From an uncultured Nitrospirales bacterium (GTDB taxonomy: Bacteria > Hydrogenedentota > Hydrogenedentia > Hydrogenedentales > CAILVY01), in contig CAYYRW010000006.1 in the NCBI GenBank assembly GCA_964474205.1, forward strand, positions 143,772 to 207,771: a stretch of DNA of 64,000 bases, given 5' to 3'. Made by a program: the position numbers and the translations under genes. Position 1 is the first letter of the stretch; each line of letters begins with the position of its first letter. Positions 16,230 through 26,069 of this stretch are shown here, one piece after another. The notes beneath the pieces were generated by a model. That model made no database searches. It was not told where the DNA came from and saw nothing but the letters and a program-made list of their open reading frames with translations.

Positions 16230-17771
16230 TCAGGACGTGCCGAGCAGTTCCCGTATCACAGGTTCCATGCATTGTTCCGCCACTTGATGCCCAAAGGAGG
16301 TAAGGTGCACGACATCCCAGAAGAGGAAGCCGTCATCCCGGCGTTGATGGAGGCATTCATAGCCGTTGAACAGGGGCACCTTGAGTTCCTGCGCCACCTG
16401 GGTCATGATGGCATAATTGGGCGAGCCGTTGGGCGCGGTCTCGTCGGACAGGGCTTCCAGCACAAAGAGGGTTTTGATGCCCGCTTCCTGATTCAGGGCG
16501 GCGATGCGCCGGAGATTGTCCGCGAAGGTTTCGGGATTTCTGTCGTTGCATCCCAAATTAACCACCACGAGTTCCGGCGCGTAATTTTTCCAGCCCTGTT
16601 CATATCCATACAGCAATTCCGTCGAGGTGGCCCCGGGAATGGCGGCCTTCAGGCATTCAAAATGCTTTCCGCCCGCCGCGGTCTGATTCAACCGGGCTTC
16701 CAGCAGGCTGACGAAGCACTCTTCAGGCTCCTGTGCGCCGCAGCCAAACGTTTGAGACGAGCCGAGAAACAGGATTCTCCGGATACCCTCGGGGTTGCCG
16801 GGGAGATAGGTCTTGCTCAATTCCTGGTTTGTCTGCACCAGCCTTTTTTCCAGGAGGTGTTTCTCTTTTTTCAACAACAGCCCCCGGAGCACCGGATAGC
16901 GGGTGTTGTTGACGTGGGTGATGAAGAAATTCGCGGCAAAAACGCCGGAAATAACACACAGATTCACGGCGATGAGGGAAGACACTACTGCGGACCGATT
17001 TCGATGCCACAGGAACAAGATTCCGAATAGAATCCCTTGGACCAGCAAGGCAAGGAGGGCTGTTTTCACGAAGGAACCTGTGGAAAGGTTGAGATTTCGA
17101 AAGTTTTCCCGGTAATAGCGGCCGGTTTGCTTATCGCGGATCACCACATTGTCAATCCACGCGGTTTGGCTTCCGCCGCGAAATCCTATCCATTGCGAAG
17201 GCTTCAAGGGACAGGAAAAATCGCCGAGGGATGCGCCGTCGAGGGTGACATGGACTCCTTGGGGATTGAAACGCACACAGGCATGATGTTTTACGCCGGA
17301 CGGCACACGCAACGGCTCCGAGGGTTCCTTGGCGAGGAACTTGCCGCCGAGGTCACAAAAGAGAAATGCCCCCGGGCGGCTGGGAGCCGCTGAAAAACGA
17401 ATGCCATGGAAATTGGTATAATCTTTGTTAAAGACAAACACCAGATAGGCCTCTGGCCCAAGGAAAAAATCGAAGGACACCTCCCGCGGCTCAAGCTTGT
17501 TCCGATAGAGCACTTCCTGATACCCATGCCATGCATGGAGATTCAAACGGTTCCCGGCGAGCGCTTGTGTTCCATTAAGATAGGGCATCACGTCCATCAG
17601 TTCAGTGGCGAGTCGCTTTTTCCAGACAATCCAACGGCGGTTGTTCAGCAGGGTATTGTCCTGACAATGCTGGAGGATTTCGATGCCCATCACCGCCACG
17701 AGAAAGGTAAGCATAAAAACGCCCCACCGGAGTCCCGCGGCTCTTGTCGGAAAACGCATCCTGCGGATCAC
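16230..17771 (-). CDS. Membrane-anchored SGNH/GDSL-family hydrolase
   Basis: 513 aa with N-terminal TM segments. The C-terminal domain carries SGNH blocks: ILFLGSSQTFG (block I, GxSxT-type), VVNLGCNDR (block III), DVVHLTSFGHQ (block V, DxxH). Confidence 0.8.
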   Translation of the reverse strand: MIRRMRFPTRAAGLRWGVFMLTFLVAVMGIEILQHCQDNTLLNNRRWIVWKKRLATELMDVMPYLNGTQALAGNRLNLHAWHGYQEVLYRNKLEPREVSFDFFLGPEAYLVFVFNKDYTNFHGIRFSAAPSRPGAFLFCDLGGKFLAKEPSEPLRVPSGVKHHACVRFNPQGVHVTLDGASLGDFSCPLKPSQWIGFRGGSQTAWIDNVVIRDKQTGRYYRENFRNLNLSTGSFVKTALLALLVQGILFGILFLWHRNRSAVVSSLIAVNLCVISGVFAANFFITHVNNTRYPVLRGLLLKKEKHLLEKRLVQTNQELSKTYLPGNPEGIRRILFLGSSQTFGCGAQEPEECFVSLLEARLNQTAAGGKHFECLKAAIPGATSTELLYGYEQGWKNYAPELVVVNLGCNDRNPETFADNLRRIAALNQEAGIKTLFVLEALSDETAPNGSPNYAIMTQVAQELKVPLFNGYECLHQRRDDGFLFWDVVHLTSFGHQVAEQCMEPVIRELLGTS

Positions 17772-17788
17772 GATAAGCCTTTCCGGAC

Positions 17789-20056
17789 TCAGGCGTTGCC
17801 GCGTGTTTTAATGAGATTCAGGGCGCTGCCCGCGCGGTACCACTCGATTTGCGTTTCATTGTAGCTGTGATTCACTGGAAACCGTTCCACGGAACCGTCC
17901 GCATGATGCACTACCAACGTAAGAGGTCTGCCGGGAGTAAAAGTATCCAACCCCGTAATATCCACCACGTCGTCTTCCTGGAGTTTGTCATAATCGGCGG
18001 GATCGGAAAAGGTCAACGCCAGCATGCCCTGTTTTTTAAGGTTGGTTTCGTGAATCCGTGCGAAACTGCGCACCAAAATGGCGCGGACGCCCAGGAAACG
18101 CGGTTCCATGGCGGCATGTTCGCGCGACGAGCCTTCACCGTAGTTTTCATCGCCCACCACAATGGAACCGATGCCGCTGGCTTTATAGGCGCGCTGGACG
18201 GCGGGAACCTCGCCATATTCGCCGGTGAGTTGATTCTTCACCTTGTTGGCTTCGTTATTGAAGGCATTGATGGCGCCGATGAAGCAGTTGTTCGAGATGT
18301 TGTCGAGATGCCCCCGGAAACGCAGCCAAGGGCCCGCCATGGAAATATGGTCCGTGGTGCATTTCCCTTTGGCTTTGAGCAGGAGGCGCAACCCTGTTAA
18401 ATCGCCGCGATTGGGGGTAAACGGGTCCAGTAATTGCAGACGCTGTGAGTCCGGCTTTACCACCACCTGAACGGACGCACTGTCTTTCGCGGGAGCGGCA
18501 TAACCGGGGTTTCCACAGACAAAACCCTGGGAAGGAAGCTCATCGCCCGCTGGCGGATCGAGCCGGACGGCTTTGCCCTCTTCATTCACCAGCGTATCCG
18601 TGAGGGGATTGAAATCGAGCGAACCCGAAAGGGCAAGGGCCGTGACCATTTCAGGCGAGGCGACAAACGCATGCGTCTTGGGATTGCCGTCGTTGCGTTT
18701 GGCAAAATTACGGTTGAACGACGTTACGATGGTGTTGGGTTCGTCATTCGCGCCCGAACGATGCCGCGCCCACTGGCCGATGCAGGGGCCGCAGGCGTTG
18801 GCCAGCACCACGCCGCCCATGGCCTCGAAGTCCTTGAGCAGGCCGTCACGTTCGATAGTCTCGCGCACCTGTTCCGAACCCGGTGTGACGGTGAATTCCG
18901 CCTTGGCCTTGAGGTTTTTCGCGCGGGCCTGCCGCGCAATGGATGCGGCGCGGGCCATGTCTTCATAGGACGAGTTGGTGCACGAGCCGATCAGGCACAC
19001 CTCGATTTTTTTAGGCCAGTTGTTTTTCGCCGCGTCCTCTTTCAGTTGGGAGATGGGCGTGGCGAGGTCGGGCGTGAAGGGACCGTTTAGATGGGGTTCC
19101 AGCGTGGAGAGATCAATTTCGAATACCTGATCGAAGAATTTCTCGGGATGGGTATATACCTCGGGGTCCGGGCGCAAATGTTCCCGGAGGGCCTGGGCGG
19201 CTTCGGCCACTTCTTTTCGTCCCGTAACTTCAAGATACCGCACCATGGAATCATCAAAGGCAAAGATAGAGGTGGTGGCCCCCACTTCCGCGCCCATGTT
19301 ACAGATGGTGCCCTTACCGGTGCAAGAAAGACTGTCCGCGCCCTCGCCGAAATATTCAATGACCGCGCCCGTCCCGCCTTTGACCGTGAGAAGCCCGGCC
19401 ACTTTCAGAATAACGTCTTTGGGGGAGGTCCAGCCGTTCAAGCGGCCTTTCAGGTGAATGCCAATGATTTTGGGGAATTTGAGTTCCCAGGGCATCCCCG
19501 CCATGACATCCACGGCATCCGCGCCGCCCACGCCGATGGCGATCATGCCAAGGCCGCCCGCATTGGGGGTGTGCGAATCGGTGCCGATCATCATGCCGCC
19601 CGGAAACGCATAATTTTCCAATACTACTTGATGAATAATGCCCGCGCCCGGTTTCCAGAAGCCTATCCCGTATTTATTCGAGACCGAAGCAAGGAATTCG
19701 TACACTTCCTGATTGCTGGTCAGTGCAGCCTGCAAATCGGCGGCGGCCCCGGCCTTGGCCTGGATGAGATGATCGCAATGCACCGTCGTGGGGACGGCGG
19801 TGGCGGCCCTGCCCGCCTGCATGAATTGCAACAGCGCCATCTGCGCCGTGGCGTCCTGCATCGCCACGCGGTCCGGCGCGAAATCCACATAATCCCGCCC
19901 CCGTTGGTATACCGGTCCGGCGGCATCCTTCCATACATGGGCATGGAGAATTTTTTCGGTCAAGGTTAACGGGCGGCCCAGCGTTTTTCGCGCGGACTCC
20001 ACGGCGCCCGGAATTTTGGCATAGGTCCGTTGAATCATATCCAAATCGAATATCAT
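17789..20056 (-). CDS. acn: Aconitate hydratase (mitochondrial-type, ~750 aa aconitase)
   Basis: [11 protein letters not shown]..., [16 protein letters not shown] and a CDHLIQA-type motif are present, with full-length aconitase similarity. The start is placed at ATG 20056 (MIFDLDMIQ) because GAGGAG lies 6 nt upstream. The track start at 20092 is less likely. Confidence 0.9.
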   Translation of the reverse strand: MIFDLDMIQRTYAKIPGAVESARKTLGRPLTLTEKILHAHVWKDAAGPVYQRGRDYVDFAPDRVAMQDATAQMALLQFMQAGRAATAVPTTVHCDHLIQAKAGAAADLQAALTSNQEVYEFLASVSNKYGIGFWKPGAGIIHQVVLENYAFPGGMMIGTDSHTPNAGGLGMIAIGVGGADAVDVMAGMPWELKFPKIIGIHLKGRLNGWTSPKDVILKVAGLLTVKGGTGAVIEYFGEGADSLSCTGKGTICNMGAEVGATTSIFAFDDSMVRYLEVTGRKEVAEAAQALREHLRPDPEVYTHPEKFFDQVFEIDLSTLEPHLNGPFTPDLATPISQLKEDAAKNNWPKKIEVCLIGSCTNSSYEDMARAASIARQARAKNLKAKAEFTVTPGSEQVRETIERDGLLKDFEAMGGVVLANACGPCIGQWARHRSGANDEPNTIVTSFNRNFAKRNDGNPKTHAFVASPEMVTALALSGSLDFNPLTDTLVNEEGKAVRLDPPAGDELPSQGFVCGNPGYAAPAKDSASVQVVVKPDSQRLQLLDPFTPNRGDLTGLRLLLKAKGKCTTDHISMAGPWLRFRGHLDNISNNCFIGAINAFNNEANKVKNQLTGEYGEVPAVQRAYKASGIGSIVVGDENYGEGSSREHAAMEPRFLGVRAILVRSFARIHETNLKKQGMLALTFSDPADYDKLQEDDVVDITGLDTFTPGRPLTLVVHHADGSVERFPVNHSYNETQIEWYRAGSALNLIKTRGNA

Positions 20057-20338
20057 GAATCTCTCCTCACACGTACCGTGCGTTATGCACATCCTGAATG
20101 TTTACAATACCTAAAAAGCGAAAACATCCGCAAGAGAACGGCCCCGCCAAAGAATTATGGAAAATTCAACGCGAGGGGTATTGGGTGCGCCCATTCTTGC
20201 GGATGTGAATGCGGATGGATTCAGCGAACTGATGGTGCCTGGTTCCGCCGGATTTCTGCATGTTTTTGGAACTTTTCCACAGTAAGTGGTATACTATTCC
20301 TATCGCCGCTCACAGGCAGTACGGAGTTGAGTGTCATC

Positions 20339-21238
20339 ATGGAAGTGCCAAGAACCCCTCTTAAAATCATCGTTCTGGGTCTATGTCTTTTTGCATTGAG
20401 CGCCTGCAATCAAACCCCGCGCATTCTCATCGTGGGGGACAGTTGGGCGTTTCTGATGGGGTATCAGAACTCACTCGGGAAGGCCCTGACGAAGCATGGG
20501 TACGTGCTCTACCGCGACCAATTCACTATGGTGAAGCCCACCGCCTTTCCTGGCACCACCACCGAGGATTTTGTTAAAAACCGCCTGAATCTGATGGAAA
20601 ACACGCTTGCCGCGCTGCGGGAAACGCCCACGCTGGACATCGTGCACCTGAGCTTGGGCGGCAATGATGCTATTAACAAATGGATGCCATGGTTTGGCCT
20701 GCGGCAGGAAGAGGCGTTGTGGGATGAAATCTGTGACAATCTCCGCGTCATTATCGAGCAGATTCTCGCGGTCCGGCCCACTATCCGGGTCGCCGTGTGC
20801 GGGTATGATTACATGGACGCCACCGTACAGGGACGTCCCGCCAACGAGCTGAACCAACTGTGTGTCCGATTCGAAAAACGGGTGTTGGAAATGCTCAGTA
20901 CCATGGACCGGTGTACTTTTATCAACAATTTCGGCCTGATGCAATGCACCTATGGCTATCCCGGACATTTCGACGATATGGGCGAAATATCGGACCAGCC
21001 CTCCATTTATGAACCGGGTGAGTTGCCGTGTCCCGGCAATGCGGACTCGGGTTATGAACCGTTCGCGGGAGGCGATATTGCGTATCCCAGCCCTTCCAGT
21101 TCTCTGGCAACATGGCTGGACACCAACGGCTATATTCACCTGAACGCCGGGGGCTATGATGTGCTGGGCATGCATTGCGTTGATGTGTGCTATGCGGATT
21201 GGCTGGATCATCCTCTTGTGGCGGATGAGTCGCGCTGA
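20339..21238 (+). CDS. Lipoprotein SGNH/GDSL hydrolase
   Basis: The true start is ATG 20339 (MEVPRTPLKIIVLGLCLFALSACNQ: signal peptide plus lipobox LSAC). A GDSL block (ILIVGDSWA) comes immediately after. The track's extension back to 20030 overlaps aconitase and is rejected. A tatact -10-like hexamer lies at ~20291. Confidence 0.75.
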   Translation: MEVPRTPLKIIVLGLCLFALSACNQTPRILIVGDSWAFLMGYQNSLGKALTKHGYVLYRDQFTMVKPTAFPGTTTEDFVKNRLNLMENTLAALRETPTLDIVHLSLGGNDAINKWMPWFGLRQEEALWDEICDNLRVIIEQILAVRPTIRVAVCGYDYMDATVQGRPANELNQLCVRFEKRVLEMLSTMDRCTFINNFGLMQCTYGYPGHFDDMGEISDQPSIYEPGELPCPGNADSGYEPFAGGDIAYPSPSSSLATWLDTNGYIHLNAGGYDVLGMHCVDVCYADWLDHPLVADESR

Positions 21239-21245
21239 GAGACCT

Positions 21246-23456
21246 TCATCCGGCGGAGGCGGCGATAACTTCGGCGGGTTGCGCCGCGCGTTTGGAGATG
21301 CGGCGCAGAAACTGGTGGACGCGTTCAAACACTTCTTCGCGTCCCAGGCCATTGATGATGCCGTGCCGGTTGCGTTCGAGAATGGTGAGTTCTTTGTGGG
21401 CGGACGCGATCTTCTCGAAGATTAATTGTGCGCTGGCCGGATTCACCGTGGGGTCTTTGGAACCTTGAACCACCAACGCGGGGACCCGGACTTCGGGAAG
21501 CCGTTCATCCATGACGTCCATCACGTTGATGAGTTCACTCACTCCGGTGAGCGGATTGCGGATGTAGTTGATGTGCTTGTTTTCCGGGTCGTTTTCCACG
21601 TAGTCCCAGCCTTCGCGGCTGCGCCCGATGCGTTTTAGCAAAGAGTTGAGCGTCACCAGCGTGGGGGCGAGGCGCACGCTGTAATTCTGAAGCTTGAGCG
21701 GCGCGCAAATGGAAAAGACCCCCGAAACATGCCGTCCTTTTTGCGCGGCGGCAACAAGCGCCAGGCATCCGCCGGTCGAGAACCCGCCGATAAAAATGTT
21801 GTCCGTGAGCGTTTTTATTATGGCATACCCGCGGTTCAGCGACTCATACCAGTCTTTCCAGGAGACCTGGGCCAAATCTTCCGGGGAAGTGCCATGGCCG
21901 CGCAACCGCACGGCATACACGGCGAAGCCCTGTTGATAGAGGTATTCGGCCAATGCGCGGACCTCGAGGGGGGCGGCCATGTAGCCATGCGCCAGGACAA
22001 CCCCGGCGCGTATCCGCATGGGCCGCAGCAAGAACGGCCGGCCCACCTCCGGACCTTTGCTCAATTTGGGATCGTAGAATTTCGCGTAGTCTTCCTCAAA
22101 ACACCGGAGGTCTTCTTCAAGGAAGAAATCGCGCACCTGCTTGGCCACGAACAGGTGCGGGGTCCGCGCCACCGTTTTGATCAAATTGTGAAGTTGCGTG
22201 AGCGGTTCTATCTCGTTGGCGATGACGTCCGTCAACTCACGGGCTCGTTTGGTTTGAAAGGACTCGTCGCCGGAACGGGGCCGGGGTATCTTGACATAAT
22301 CCGTTCCATTCCTGCGCAATACGCCCTCCTGGAGACACAAGTTCAGGAAATTATCCAATTTGGGGGCATAATCCTCGTAGACCATTTCCCGGAACGTGTT
22401 CTGCAAGACGGTGTGCGTTCGATATTCGAATTGCTTGAGTTTTCGCGCGCATAAAAAAACCCGGTCCCGGAAGGAGTGTTCCGTGATATTCCGGGCGGGA
22501 TAATGGCGCAACAGGCCGGCAAACAGGTGGTCATAATTCACCGTGGTGTTCTGGTAGATGTCCGTCATGTACCGCAGCATGAGTTTTCGCGCGGCTTCAT
22601 TAAACAGGGACGCGGGGTCCATTTCCAGCGCATGCATGTCATGGAGGCCGCAGGCCATGATCCGGGCGTATTCCGGCGCATTCAAGTACTCAGCCACGTC
22701 TATCGGTTCTCCGCAGACAATATCGATGTCGGTGTCTTCCGAAAGAATGGTCCCTTCAACGGAGAGCTCTTCGAGGGCGCGCTTGCTCAAATCCTGGGCG
22801 AACCGCGTGGCCATGCGCAGGAGAATGTTTTCGTGGGCGCGCATGGGGTAATAGGTAATGTTCACGGGAATAATGACGGTTCGTTTGCCCAGCACTTCTT
22901 CCGCCGCACTCAGGCCAAACATTTCCAGGGCCTGCTGGATACCCTCTTTATCCGGTCGGCCATGGATGCATTGAATTTTATGCCGGTAGAATTCCGTGCG
23001 GAGCGCCAATACGGCCGCGCCTTTGTGCGGGGGGCGCCTTTTCCCATTGTTATACACCTCGAACATCCCCTTGTGATCCAGCACCTTCTTGTCCTTGATC
23101 ATGGCCCCTTCGGGGAAAATAATCCAGGGGTGCAGGCCGCTGAGCAGCGAACGCACAATGATTTTATCGCGGTCGGGGCTCTTCGTGGAGATGGAGCCGG
23201 TGGACTCAAGAAATTTCCCGATGCGTCCGGTAAACAACTCGGCGGCGGCAAGGCTCATGACTTCACGCCCGGTATGCTTATAGATGACGTAGGGCAGCAG
23301 CAGGGTTTCGATGCGGGTGAAATGATTTACGGTGAAAATAACGGCGGTGTTGGTGTCGATAACCGGAACATTATGCACACGTACATCGGCTTTAATAATC
23401 TTCGTGGCGAGATCCATCACCCATTTGGCCAACGATAACGAGGTGGTCGAAGGCAT
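21246..23456 (-). CDS. Bifunctional PlsC-like (lyso)phospholipid acyltransferase / alpha-beta hydrolase (lipase/esterase GXSXG)
   Basis: The N-terminal region has an NHxxxxE-type motif (VNHFTRIE) and an FPEG block, as in 1-acyl-glycerol-3-phosphate acyltransferases. The C-terminal region has a GGFSTGG nucleophile elbow and an alpha/beta-hydrolase pattern. Confidence 0.7.
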   Translation of the reverse strand: MPSTTSLSLAKWVMDLATKIIKADVRVHNVPVIDTNTAVIFTVNHFTRIETLLLPYVIYKHTGREVMSLAAAELFTGRIGKFLESTGSISTKSPDRDKIIVRSLLSGLHPWIIFPEGAMIKDKKVLDHKGMFEVYNNGKRRPPHKGAAVLALRTEFYRHKIQCIHGRPDKEGIQQALEMFGLSAAEEVLGKRTVIIPVNITYYPMRAHENILLRMATRFAQDLSKRALEELSVEGTILSEDTDIDIVCGEPIDVAEYLNAPEYARIMACGLHDMHALEMDPASLFNEAARKLMLRYMTDIYQNTTVNYDHLFAGLLRHYPARNITEHSFRDRVFLCARKLKQFEYRTHTVLQNTFREMVYEDYAPKLDNFLNLCLQEGVLRRNGTDYVKIPRPRSGDESFQTKRARELTDVIANEIEPLTQLHNLIKTVARTPHLFVAKQVRDFFLEEDLRCFEEDYAKFYDPKLSKGPEVGRPFLLRPMRIRAGVVLAHGYMAAPLEVRALAEYLYQQGFAVYAVRLRGHGTSPEDLAQVSWKDWYESLNRGYAIIKTLTDNIFIGGFSTGGCLALVAAAQKGRHVSGVFSICAPLKLQNYSVRLAPTLVTLNSLLKRIGRSREGWDYVENDPENKHINYIRNPLTGVSELINVMDVMDERLPEVRVPALVVQGSKDPTVNPASAQLIFEKIASAHKELTILERNRHGIINGLGREEVFERVHQFLRRISKRAAQPAEVIAASAG

Positions 23457-23483
23457 GACTAACTTCGGGGCCTTTCCATGCGT

Positions 23484-23855
23484 TCATTTCCGGGGACTAT
23501 GGAGTTTATACTCGGTCTTTGCCGTCTTGACCGCATTATACAACACTAGGCGCCGCAGGTGCTCCTCACTCTCGGTATCGATTTTGGTGAACTCGATGGC
23601 CACCCCGTCCTCACAGATGCGGGCCACCAAACCTTCCGTATTTATGCAAAAGACATCGTCGCCCGTTTTAATGGAAAGATGGACGCGCACTTGGTTGCCC
23701 ACCGGCAGGGAACGCCATGTCGAGAACAGCACCCCTTTCATGCTCACGTCTTTGGCGGCCCCTTCCAGTAACACTCCGCTGGGCAAACGGACCTCCATGT
23801 CGGCGGTAACTGGACTTCGTGTGGACTCACGTGCTTCGGTTTTGGTCGTCATAGC
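23484..23855 (-). CDS. PilZ-domain (c-di-GMP binding) protein
   Basis: MTTKTEARESTRSPVTADMEVRLPSGVLLEGAAKDVSMKGVLFST...: small beta-barrel PilZ-like text. The start at 23855 has GGGAGAAG upstream. Confidence 0.55.
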   Translation of the reverse strand, partial: AMTTKTEARESTRSPVTADMEVRLPSGVLLEGAAKDVSMKGVLFSTWRSLPVGNQVRVHLSIKTGDDVFCINTEGLVARICEDGVAIEFTKIDTESEEHLRRLVLYNAVKTAKTEYKLHSPRK

Positions 23856-24057
23856 ATGCTTCTCCCTGCGGGTTGCGCCTTGCCCGTTGACCCGGCACCG
23901 TGCCATTATGTTCCAAAGGCCCGTATGAATAGAATATCATAAATTTCGTCTTTTGACTAGGCCCCAACACGAAATGGCCTGGAGAAGTTGGCGGATACCA
24001 AGAATTGTGCTAGAATGCGCCGTATTCGGAACTCAGGCTGTCGTTAGGAGATACTTA

Positions 24058-24252
24058 ATGCCTACGTATGATTATCACGCTATTCGGGCGGACGCGGACG
24101 CGGAAAAATCCTTCGTGGGTGGTGTGGTGATTGCGCGAGACCGTCATGATGCCAAAGCCAAGCTCAGGGAACACGGCCTAAAAGCCACCATGTTGAAACA
24201 AGCCCATGGGGTAATGGCGGTCATCAAATGGCTGGATGCGGATATCCGCTGA
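24058..24252 (+). CDS. Hypothetical small protein (64 aa)
   Basis: AGGAGA Shine-Dalgarno 7 nt upstream of ATG 24058 (MPTYDYHAIRADADAEKSFVGGVVIARDRHDAKAKLREHGLKATMLKQ...). No recognisable family. Confidence 0.4.
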   Translation: MPTYDYHAIRADADAEKSFVGGVVIARDRHDAKAKLREHGLKATMLKQAHGVMAVIKWLDADIR

Positions 24253-24297
24253 TACCCTTTGGGGACGCAGCAAGGGGGTAAAGTTAAGGAAAAGCCG

Positions 24298-25008
24298 TTA
24301 TAGCTTTGCTTTCAGCAGGATGCACCGCATGCCCTTGAAGGGCGCTCCGCCGTTGTGGAAGGTCATTCCCCCATAGGTGTAATTGCTCATGGGCACATGC
24401 GTGTGGCCGAAATAGACGTGTTTGACGCCGTCGTCATAGCCATGCCCAATATCCTCCAGATAGGCGGATACACGTTTGGCGGTGCGCCGCCGGGGATAGG
24501 CCAGCCGGGATACCGTCACATGCGCGCCCGTTTTCAGGACCGCATCATAAACCCGGTTTCGCAAGGAGCCGCGTTTCTTGTGCCGGAACAGCCTGCGTTC
24601 CCGGTACCGCGCCAATTCCTCCTGGGTCATCTTGCGCATCGCCACATCGCCATGAAGGAAAAGCGTGCTCCCCACCCGCAGGTAGTAGGGGTGCCACGAC
24701 AGATTCGGGGTTTTACGGACCAGTTTTTCCAAGGCATCCACAAACACCTTGGCATGGTCATGATTGCCCAGATTGATATGGAAATGGCATTTGGGACAGC
24801 GTTTGGACAATTCCCGTAAAAACGCAATGGCCCGCTCGACCGTGGTTTCCACGCTGTCGAGCGAGGTCCATTTGAAGTCGAACGTATCGCCGTTGAAGAC
24901 AAACAAATCCGCCGTCTTCGCCACATCATGGATGGTCTCCAGCAACTCGTGCCATTGAGAACGGCGGCAAAACATATGCAGATCGGACACCACGTAGGCC
25001 GATTTCAT
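24298..25008 (-). CDS. Calcineurin-like metallophosphoesterase (LpxH-like)
   Basis: Motifs present: VSDLHM, FNGDTFD, GNHD, GHTH. Confidence 0.8.
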   Translation of the reverse strand: MKSAYVVSDLHMFCRRSQWHELLETIHDVAKTADLFVFNGDTFDFKWTSLDSVETTVERAIAFLRELSKRCPKCHFHINLGNHDHAKVFVDALEKLVRKTPNLSWHPYYLRVGSTLFLHGDVAMRKMTQEELARYRERRLFRHKKRGSLRNRVYDAVLKTGAHVTVSRLAYPRRRTAKRVSAYLEDIGHGYDDGVKHVYFGHTHVPMSNYTYGGMTFHNGGAPFKGMRCILLKAKL

Positions 25009-25366
25009 AGCGGAAAGAACCTTCCTTAAGAAAATAGAGACTTACTCGGATGTATTATAATCATACCACATTTTGAACAGGAAAAGAATCATCTCGTCCT
25101 ATGAGAGCGAAAAATAGCCTTCTTCTCAAACAGGCACCGAACCCCATACTGCAATCTGCCAACTTCCATCATCTCAAAGAAATTCATGCCGCCATCGGTC
25201 TCATTAGTCCCATTCGTCTTTGGGGTGTCTTGCTGAAAGCTGACCGCTGATAGCTGAAAACCCTGATTTCTTTGGTTGCGGCTACGCCGCGCTGGGTCAA
25301 TGGCCGGTATTTCGCCCCGGATATGTTTCGTGCCGCCCGGAGCCGCACTTTTCGCAATTCAAACGC

Positions 25367-25395
25367 TTGACTTAATCAAACATTTGAGTTAAACT
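25367..25395 (+). promoter_or_regulatory. Candidate sigma70-type promoter for the TetR/efflux operon, with near-palindrome TCAAACATTTGA in the spacer
   Basis: TTGACT (25367-25372), a 17-nt spacer, then TAAACT (25390-25395), 24 nt before ATG 25419. The palindrome at 25377-25388 is a possible TetR operator. Confidence 0.3.
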
Positions 25396-25418
25396 ACCGG
25401 AAATGGAAAGGATGAAGC

Positions 25419-26060
25419 ATGGCTTCCGAAAACATGGACACCAAGCAGGCGTTGATTGAGGCGGCGGGGGAGTTATTTGCGGATTATGGGTTTGCCCGGA
25501 CCACGATCCGGGATATCGCGCAGAAAGCCGGGGCGAATATCGCGGCCATTCATTATCATTTTGGCGGCAAAGAGAATTTGTATACGGAGGTATTGCGTCA
25601 TATCCTGTTGCAAAGCGAGGTATGCACCGCCCGTCAGCTTTTGGCGGAGGGAGAATGCTTCAAGACCCCGGAAGGGATGGCGGCGGCGGTCTGCAAGTTG
25701 ATACACGATCATTTCGAGGCCTTTTTCCCCTTGAATGAACCGGAATGGTGGACGCGCTTGGTGATGCGGAGCCTGTTGGAACCCACCCCGCAGTTGGAAG
25801 AGGTGTTACGGCAGGTGTTGTTGCCCGAGCATGCCGCCAAAGTGGAAATACTCCGGCGCTTTAATCCCTCCATGAGCGAAAAAGACGCACAGATGTGGGC
25901 GTTGTCGCTGGACAGCCAGATTGTCATTTATATATTTGCCAAATATCCGATTTTAATGGCGTTGGAAATGGAACAATACAGCCGGGATTTTCTGCTCGAT
26001 GCCGAACAGCAGGCCTGCCGGGTGATGTTGGGGGCTTTGGGGCTGCCCCTGCCGGGCTAA
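25419..26060 (+). CDS. TetR/AcrR-family transcriptional regulator
   Basis: HTH region TIRDIAQKAGANIAAIHYHFGGKENLY. It sits directly upstream of the efflux genes. Confidence 0.9.
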   Translation: MASENMDTKQALIEAAGELFADYGFARTTIRDIAQKAGANIAAIHYHFGGKENLYTEVLRHILLQSEVCTARQLLAEGECFKTPEGMAAAVCKLIHDHFEAFFPLNEPEWWTRLVMRSLLEPTPQLEEVLRQVLLPEHAAKVEILRRFNPSMSEKDAQMWALSLDSQIVIYIFAKYPILMALEMEQYSRDFLLDAEQQACRVMLGALGLPLPG

Positions 26061-26069
26061 GGAGTAGTT

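Noticed and set aside
16027-16287. 86-aa ORF (and 16039..16272 minus) lying across repeat copy A
   Set aside because: It coincides with the hairpin element, which is 80% conserved with a copy at 43352 where no equivalent ORF exists. There is no RBS. The element is more likely RNA or DNA than a gene.
16197-17030. 277-aa plus-strand ORF
   Set aside because: Antisense to the SGNH hydrolase gene, with no domain signal.
19091-19969. 292-aa plus-strand ORF
   Set aside because: Antisense to aconitase, with Gly/Arg-rich composition.
20030-20338. N-terminal extension of the SGNH lipoprotein ORF back to 20030
   Set aside because: It overlaps the aconitase start region on the other strand. The extension precedes the obvious lipoprotein signal peptide beginning at ATG 20339.
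20471-21352. 293-aa minus-strand ORF
   Set aside because: Antisense to the lipoprotein SGNH hydrolase.
22476-23438. 320-aa plus-strand ORF
   Set aside because: Antisense to the acyltransferase/alpha-beta-hydrolase gene.
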